Below the pieces are notes generated by a model, which worked only from the letters and a program-made list of their open reading frames with translations, ran no database searches and had not been told where the DNA came from. 64,000 nt of DNA. It comes from an uncultured delta proteobacterium (GTDB lineage: Bacteria > Desulfobacterota > Binatia > Binatales > Binataceae). The position numbers and the translations under genes were made by a program. The stretch is taken from contig CAVZFW010000004.1 in assembly GCA_963774705.1 (NCBI GenBank), forward strand, positions 3,793 to 67,792. The letters are read 5' to 3'. Positions 59,307 to 64,000 of this stretch are shown one piece after another; the stretch's first letter is position 1; every line of letters begins with the position of its first letter.

Positions 59307-60836
59307 CTAGGCGCGAGATTTGGGAACGCCGCGGGGGCGGCGTTGGCGAGAAACTGCGTCGGTAGTCGTCAAGTGTAGCGACTCGGCTGCGGGCTGCCCC
59401 GACTGAGGGGTGACGACGGTGCGTTCGGCCTGCTCGACTGCGTGGTTGGTTTCGATCGGAGCGATTCTCTCAGGATGTTGGAGACGCGGCGATGTTCGGA
59501 GGCCGGCGGCCCGCTGATGGCGCGAGTGCCAGAGCATTCTGAGGCTCGGATGATCGAGTTGGCGGATAACTTCGGAGCGGCCAATCGTCGTGTTTTCAAC
59601 GGCATTGCCAGAGAGATGCAGCGGTTGGGCGGCGGGCACTATGGCGAGGCGGGTGACGAAATTGGTCAGCTCGCGGAGGTTGCCGGGAAACGGATAGCGC
59701 GCGAGCGTGCGGATCGCGGCGGGGTCGAGGGTGACGCCGGGATTGCGCATCCGCAAGATGTGGCGAGCGAGCATCGGGAGGTCGCCCGGACGATTGCGCA
59801 ACGGGGTGATGGTGAGCGTCGCATCGAAGAGTTGGTGCAACTCGGCGCGGAACTCACCGCGCGCAACCATCGCGGCCAAGGGCTGCACGGACGCCGCGAG
59901 CAGACGAATCGGGCGGTCGGCGGTACGTAGCAGCTCAAGCAGATTGCGCTGCGCAGCGAGCGATAACTCGCCCAGGTGATTGAAGAATATCGTCCTGCCC
60001 AACGGAATTGCGGGACGCATGGGGTCGTCGGCGAAATTGCCGGCACTGCCAAGGTCGTCCAGACTATCGGCGTCACCTCTGGGGTCAGCGTCATTGGAAT
60101 CATCGAAGTCGTGCCTGCCGTGGTGCGAGCCGCCCGAGAGTTGCGCATGGTCGCGATCTGAACTGTCTTCCTGAGCCAGCAGCGGAGATATCTCGGCTGC
60201 GACGGCGGCCGCTTCGAGGCCGGCACATTCGGCGTAAAGGAGGCTCCCCGGGTCAGCACTGGCGGCGTGAATGAGTTTGATAATGGACTCCTTCCCCACG
60301 CCAATCTCGCCCTCGACGAGGACACCTGCGGGACTGTGCGCGATCGCAACGGCGGCGCAGATTAACCCGAACAGGCGCGGATTGGAGGTGAGCAGCGGGG
60401 AAGGCAGCCGAAGTGCCCGCGAGAGAATGAAGCAGGCGGCGGCGATTGGGCTATCGCAAACGAAATCGACGGCGGCGGTATTTCCGACGAAGGGCTCAAG
60501 CGCGGAATCGCGCTCGATGAGCGCGATGGTGATCACGTCGGCGGAGGCGGCACGATCATCATCACTGATGCCGAACTCGACGCGTAAAGCGGTCGGTCGG
60601 GCCTTGATGAGGTCGGTGTCGGAAGCGGCGGCGTGAGGCAGGAAGTCATATGCAGTGGCAGGATTGGAGGACATCGCGAAGTCGGGCCTTTTGAGAGACG
60701 CGGGCTGAGCGCGCTCCAGGAGAAGCGGTTCGAGGCCAAGCAGCGGCAGTAAACGAACCAGTTCGGCGGGCGCCCCGGCGCCCAATTCGATTCGTACAAA
60801 CATCTGGTCCGGAAGGTAGTGCAAGCGCGAGACCAT
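59307..60836 (-). CDS. Sigma-54-activator-like AAA+ protein, degenerate (no GAFTGA, Walker B DE replaced, no obvious HTH)
   Basis: Walker A GEIGVGKE. FFNHLGEL sits where bEBPs have F(L/I)DE(I/L)GEL. RLLAAS, GEFRAELHQLF, ITPLRNRPGDLPMLARHIL and YPFPGNLRELTNFV parallel the conserved bEBP blocks. An acidic insert of about 60 aa replaces the GAFTGA region. Confidence 0.65.
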   Translation of the reverse strand: MVSRLHYLPDQMFVRIELGAGAPAELVRLLPLLGLEPLLLERAQPASLKRPDFAMSSNPATAYDFLPHAAASDTDLIKARPTALRVEFGISDDDRAASADVITIALIERDSALEPFVGNTAAVDFVCDSPIAAACFILSRALRLPSPLLTSNPRLFGLICAAVAIAHSPAGVLVEGEIGVGKESIIKLIHAASADPGSLLYAECAGLEAAAVAAEISPLLAQEDSSDRDHAQLSGGSHHGRHDFDDSNDADPRGDADSLDDLGSAGNFADDPMRPAIPLGRTIFFNHLGELSLAAQRNLLELLRTADRPIRLLAASVQPLAAMVARGEFRAELHQLFDATLTITPLRNRPGDLPMLARHILRMRNPGVTLDPAAIRTLARYPFPGNLRELTNFVTRLAIVPAAQPLHLSGNAVENTTIGRSEVIRQLDHPSLRMLWHSRHQRAAGLRTSPRLQHPERIAPIETNHAVEQAERTVVTPQSGQPAAESLHLTTTDAVSRQRRPRGVPKSRA

Positions 60837-61196
60837 TCAGGAGACCAATTGTTCAGGAATAGCGGAGGTGAATTATTGGCGGGGCGCGTCGCGCATCGGA
60901 GCAAAATCGTGCGAGTGTTCTGAACGAACGTGACACATTCGAGAGAGCATCCGCGCGCGACCCAGAGCAGTTGCGGTGTTCGAATTTGCGACCAAGACCA
61001 GCGATAGGCCTTTAGCCGTCGCGATGAGTCAGCGGTCGCATCGCGGAACATCCCGCACGAGAGCACCATCACGGCGCGTCGAAGGACACCGAACCGATCC
61101 ATCTGGATTATCACCGAAAAGAAGGTCGCGATGCGCTCGCGCGACAGCGTCACACGAAAGCTGACGCGTAGCGGTCAGAGGCGAGCGGCAAATTTC

Positions 61197-61240
61197 GGTC
61201 CTTTGGTGATTCCGCGCAGACGCGGAATCACCAAAGGACC
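61197..61240. repeat. Perfect 20-bp-stem inverted repeat (44 nt hairpin)
   Basis: GGTCCTTTGGTGATTCCGCG-caga-CGCGGAATCACCAAAGGACC. Confidence 0.95.
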
Positions 61241-61264
61241 AGAGGATCGGAAGTTTGTTGAAGA

Positions 61265-61312
61265 GCGCAAGACTATGGTTTTTCTGAAACCTCTAAGAGG
61301 TTTCAGACTTCC
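61265..61312 (+). repeat. Hairpin-centred intergenic repeat, short form (copy 5)
   Basis: gcgcaagactatggtttttCTGAAACCtctaagaGGTTTCAGacttcc aligns along its length with the reverse complement of 37691-37739. Confidence 0.85.
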
Positions 61313-61486
61313 ACTAAGGGGAAGGTGCCGACAAGGTCTCCAAGGACGTCCCACGCCGGCCACGACGGCGGTCTCGCGATGGGGCGCAGCAGTGTTCCAC
61401 GACCGCCGCGGTTGCTAAAATGGTTTACCATGACGACGGCGTTGTCCCCCCTTCAGTTAGCCAGCGGGCGACGACGCGTTCACTCA

Positions 61487-62632
61487 ATGGTCGGGCAATG
61501 TCGCGGCGCGATTACGCTCGTCGCGATGGTAATCGTGGTGATTGGGATCGCGGGATGCGGCGATAAGGGAGTGCCGAGCGGCGCGATGCCGCCGGTGCCG
61601 GTGCTTGCGGCGAAGGCGGTGATTCGGGACGTGCCGAATCAGCTCCGCGAGATCGGCACCGTCGAGGCTTTCGCAACGATCGCGATCAAGGCGCGGGTCG
61701 GCGGCAACTTGCAGACGGTCAATTTCAAGGAAGGCGATTTCGTCATCAAGGGGCAACTGCTCTTTGTGATCGATCCGCGGCCATTTGCCGCCACGCTGGC
61801 ACAGGCCGAGGCCAACCTCGCGCGCGATCAGGCCAACGCGAAGCAGGCGCGCATCAACGAACAACGCTTCGCGTTCCTGCTCAAGGAAGAGGTCGGCTCG
61901 CGCCAGCAACATGATGACGCAAACGCGACCGCGGCGAGCCTGGAGGCGACGGTGGCGGCCGATCGCGCGGCGATCGAGAGTGCGAAACTGAATCTGCAAT
62001 ACACTCAGATCCGATCGCCGGTGGATGGACGAACCGGCAAACTGCAGGCCCATCCGGGGGACCTGATCAAGTCCGACGCCGACACTTCGATCGTCACGAT
62101 CGCGCAGGTGCAGCCGATCTACGTGGACTTTTCGATTCCCGAAAAAGAGCTGGGCCAAGTTCGCCGCAGCATGGAAAGCCGGACGCTCGAGGTCGACGCG
62201 ACGATTCCGGGCGATCCGCAACAGGCGGAGCACGGGGTGCTTTCGTTCGTCGATAATTCGGTGGATAAGACGACCGGGACAATCGCGCTCAAGGGTATTT
62301 TTCAAAACGAGAACCGGCGGCTCTGGCCGGGACAATTCGTTAATGCAACGCTGACGCTTGCGGTGATTCCGCATGCGGTGCTGGTGCCATCGCAGGCGAT
62401 CCAGACCGGTCAGGAAGGCACGTTCGTGTACGTGGTCGGACGCAATATGAAGGTTGCGATGCGGCCGGTGGTCGCAGGCGCGGTGTTCGAAACGGAGACG
62501 ATTATCGGGCGCGGGGTCAAAGCGGGCGAAACGGTGGTCACCGACGGCCAGTTACGCTTGATGCCGGGCGCGATGGTGAGAATCAAGAGCGAGCTCGACA
62601 GCGCCGGGTCGAGCGGCGGCGCGACGCCATGA
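61487..62632 (+). CDS. RND efflux periplasmic adaptor (membrane fusion) lipoprotein
   Basis: Signal and lipobox MVGQCRGAITLVAMVIVVIGIAGC. HlyD-like blocks YTQIRSPVDGRTG and GQFVNATL. The ATGA overlap with the next gene supports an operon. The track ORF starts at 61325. Confidence 0.85.
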   Translation: MVGQCRGAITLVAMVIVVIGIAGCGDKGVPSGAMPPVPVLAAKAVIRDVPNQLREIGTVEAFATIAIKARVGGNLQTVNFKEGDFVIKGQLLFVIDPRPFAATLAQAEANLARDQANAKQARINEQRFAFLLKEEVGSRQQHDDANATAASLEATVAADRAAIESAKLNLQYTQIRSPVDGRTGKLQAHPGDLIKSDADTSIVTIAQVQPIYVDFSIPEKELGQVRRSMESRTLEVDATIPGDPQQAEHGVLSFVDNSVDKTTGTIALKGIFQNENRRLWPGQFVNATLTLAVIPHAVLVPSQAIQTGQEGTFVYVVGRNMKVAMRPVVAGAVFETETIIGRGVKAGETVVTDGQLRLMPGAMVRIKSELDSAGSSGGATP

Positions 62633-64000
62633 ATTTAGCCGAGCTATTTATCCGCCGGCCGGTGATGACGACGCTGCTGTCGGTGGCGATCATCCTGTTT
62701 GGCCTGGCGGCGTATCGCGGGCTGCCGGTGAGCGACCTGCCGAACGTCGATTCGCCGACGATCGTGGTGTCGGCATCGCTGCCGGGGGCGAATCCCGACA
62801 CGATGGCGTCGTCGGTGGCGACGCCGCTGGAGCGCGAGTTCTCGACGATTGCGGGACTCGCGCAGATGACCTCGACCAACACGCTGGGGCTTACGAGTAT
62901 CACGCTGGAGTTCGAGCTGAACCGCAATATCGATGCGGCGGCGCAGGACGTCCAGTCGAAGATCGCGACGGCCCAATCGCAACTGCCGCAGGGGATGCCG
63001 TCGCCGCCGTCGTATCAAAAGGTGAATCCGGCGGACCGGGCGATCATGTACATGGGCCTCAGCTCGGCGACGCTGCCTTTGTCGCAGGTTGACGAGTATG
63101 CCGAGACCTACCTCGGCGAGCGCATCTCGATGATCAGCGGGGTGGCGCAGGTGCAGGTGTACGGCGCGCAGAAGTACGCGGTGCGCATACAGGTCGATCC
63201 GCAGGCGCTCGCGTCGCGGGGTATCGGGATCAACGAAGTCGCCGACGCGGTCGCCAGCGCCAACGTGAATCTGCCGACCGGCACGCTTTACGGGGCGCAT
63301 CAGGCGTTCACGGTTCAGGCCAACGGGCAGCTCTTCAATGCGGCCGCGTATCGTCCGCTGATCGTGGCGTATCGCAACGGCGCGCCGGTGCGGTTGAGCG
63401 ATATCGGCGATGCGATCGACAGCGTGCAGGACAACAAGGTCGCGGGCTGGGTGCGGGGCGATCGGGCGGTGGTGCTGGCGATCGAGCGGCAACCGGGCAC
63501 CAATACGGTCGAGGTCGTCGATAACATCAAGAAACTGCTGCCGGCGTTTCGCGAGGCGCTGCCGGCGTCGGTCGAGATCTCGACGCTGTACGACCGTTCG
63601 GAAAGCATCCGCGCGTCGGTCAACGACGTGCAGCGCACGCTGATGATCACCGTCTGCCTGGTGGTGATGGTGATCTTCCTGTTCCTGCGCAATCTCTCGG
63701 CGACGATCATCCCGAGCCTCGCGCTGCCGATGTCGATAATCGGGACGTTCGGGGCGATGGCGATGCTGGGTTACAGCCTCGACAACCTTTCGCTGCTCGC
63801 GATTACGCTGTCGGTTGGCTTCGTGGTGGACGACGCGATCGTAATGCTCGAGAACGTCGTGCGGCACATGGAGATGGGCAAGGGCGTGATGGAGGCGGCG
63901 TTCGACGGGTCGCGCGAGATCGCGTTTACGATCCTGTCGATGACGATTTCGCTTGCCGCGGTGTTTATCCCGGTGCTGTTCATGGGCGGCATCCTAGGAC
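62629..64000 (+). CDS. RND efflux permease (AcrB/MexB family), 5' part; continues beyond the window
   Basis: My translation from ATG 62629 gives MNLAELFIRRPVMTTLLSVAIILFGLAAYRGLPVSDLPNVDSPTIVVSASLPGANPDTMASSVATPLEREFSTIAG. There is no stop before 64000. It is not in the ORF track because it is open-ended. Confidence 0.9.
   Translation, partial: MNLAELFIRRPVMTTLLSVAIILFGLAAYRGLPVSDLPNVDSPTIVVSASLPGANPDTMASSVATPLEREFSTIAGLAQMTSTNTLGLTSITLEFELNRNIDAAAQDVQSKIATAQSQLPQGMPSPPSYQKVNPADRAIMYMGLSSATLPLSQVDEYAETYLGERISMISGVAQVQVYGAQKYAVRIQVDPQALASRGIGINEVADAVASANVNLPTGTLYGAHQAFTVQANGQLFNAAAYRPLIVAYRNGAPVRLSDIGDAIDSVQDNKVAGWVRGDRAVVLAIERQPGTNTVEVVDNIKKLLPAFREALPASVEISTLYDRSESIRASVNDVQRTLMITVCLVVMVIFLFLRNLSATIIPSLALPMSIIGTFGAMAMLGYSLDNLSLLAITLSVGFVVDDAIVMLENVVRHMEMGKGVMEAAFDGSREIAFTILSMTISLAAVFIPVLFMGGILG

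Noticed and set aside
62644-63867. Long antisense or alternative-frame ORFs: 62644..63867(-), 39243..40463(-), 35872..36873(-), 31454..32437(+), 43962..44753(+), 48838..49773(+) and many others
   Set aside because: They are Arg/Pro/His-rich with no motifs. Each lies opposite a well-supported gene (AcrB-like permease, CoA-transferase, ogt, mdh, hbd, methyltransferase). This is the typical stop-codon-poor antisense frame of high-GC DNA.

Overview
This is a 64-kb, high-GC bacterial chromosomal segment, tightly packed with about 60 genes, nearly all housekeeping or central metabolism. Genes read include gcvH, ald, aspS, hisS, a DUF35/SCP-x thiolase pair, comEC, uvrC and lepA-lepB. A long minus-strand string runs mdh-sucC-sucD-ndk-rlmN-mtnP-pfkB-GT2-ugd-epimerase. 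Also present are icd, ogt, two family III CoA-transferases plus a nitronate monooxygenase-like gene, greA, hbd, an FTR1 iron permease with a Fur box, plsC, queA-tgt-yajC-secD, a patatin-like lipase, two MDR-type dehydrogenases, a sigma-54-activator-like gene, and the start of an RND efflux operon. By eye I found no rRNA, tRNA, CRISPR array, transposase, integrase or recognisable defence or toxin system.

The unusual signals are:
1. About 19 genes, many normally indispensable, are broken by frameshifts. These cluster in blocks (22.5-31.4 kb and 49.9-54.2 kb), and wherever I could reconstruct the junction the lesion looks like one extra base. I read this as a consensus or assembly artefact rather than genome decay.
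2. A hairpin-centred mosaic intergenic repeat family (REP/BIME- or MITE-like) has five copies. Two inverted copies bracket a ferredoxin/DUF2007 cassette.
3. A 29-bp tandem duplication splits a small membrane-protein gene.
4. A pair of paralogous intergenic elements lies upstream of icd and an alcohol dehydrogenase.
5. The sigma-54 activator homologue lacks GAFTGA and the Walker B acidic pair.
6. A perfect 20-bp-stem hairpin sits in the 650-bp gap before the RND operon.

I did not find a convincing novel multi-gene system, so the candidates carry modest scores. All calls are by-eye reading of the ORF track and sequence; no searches were run.
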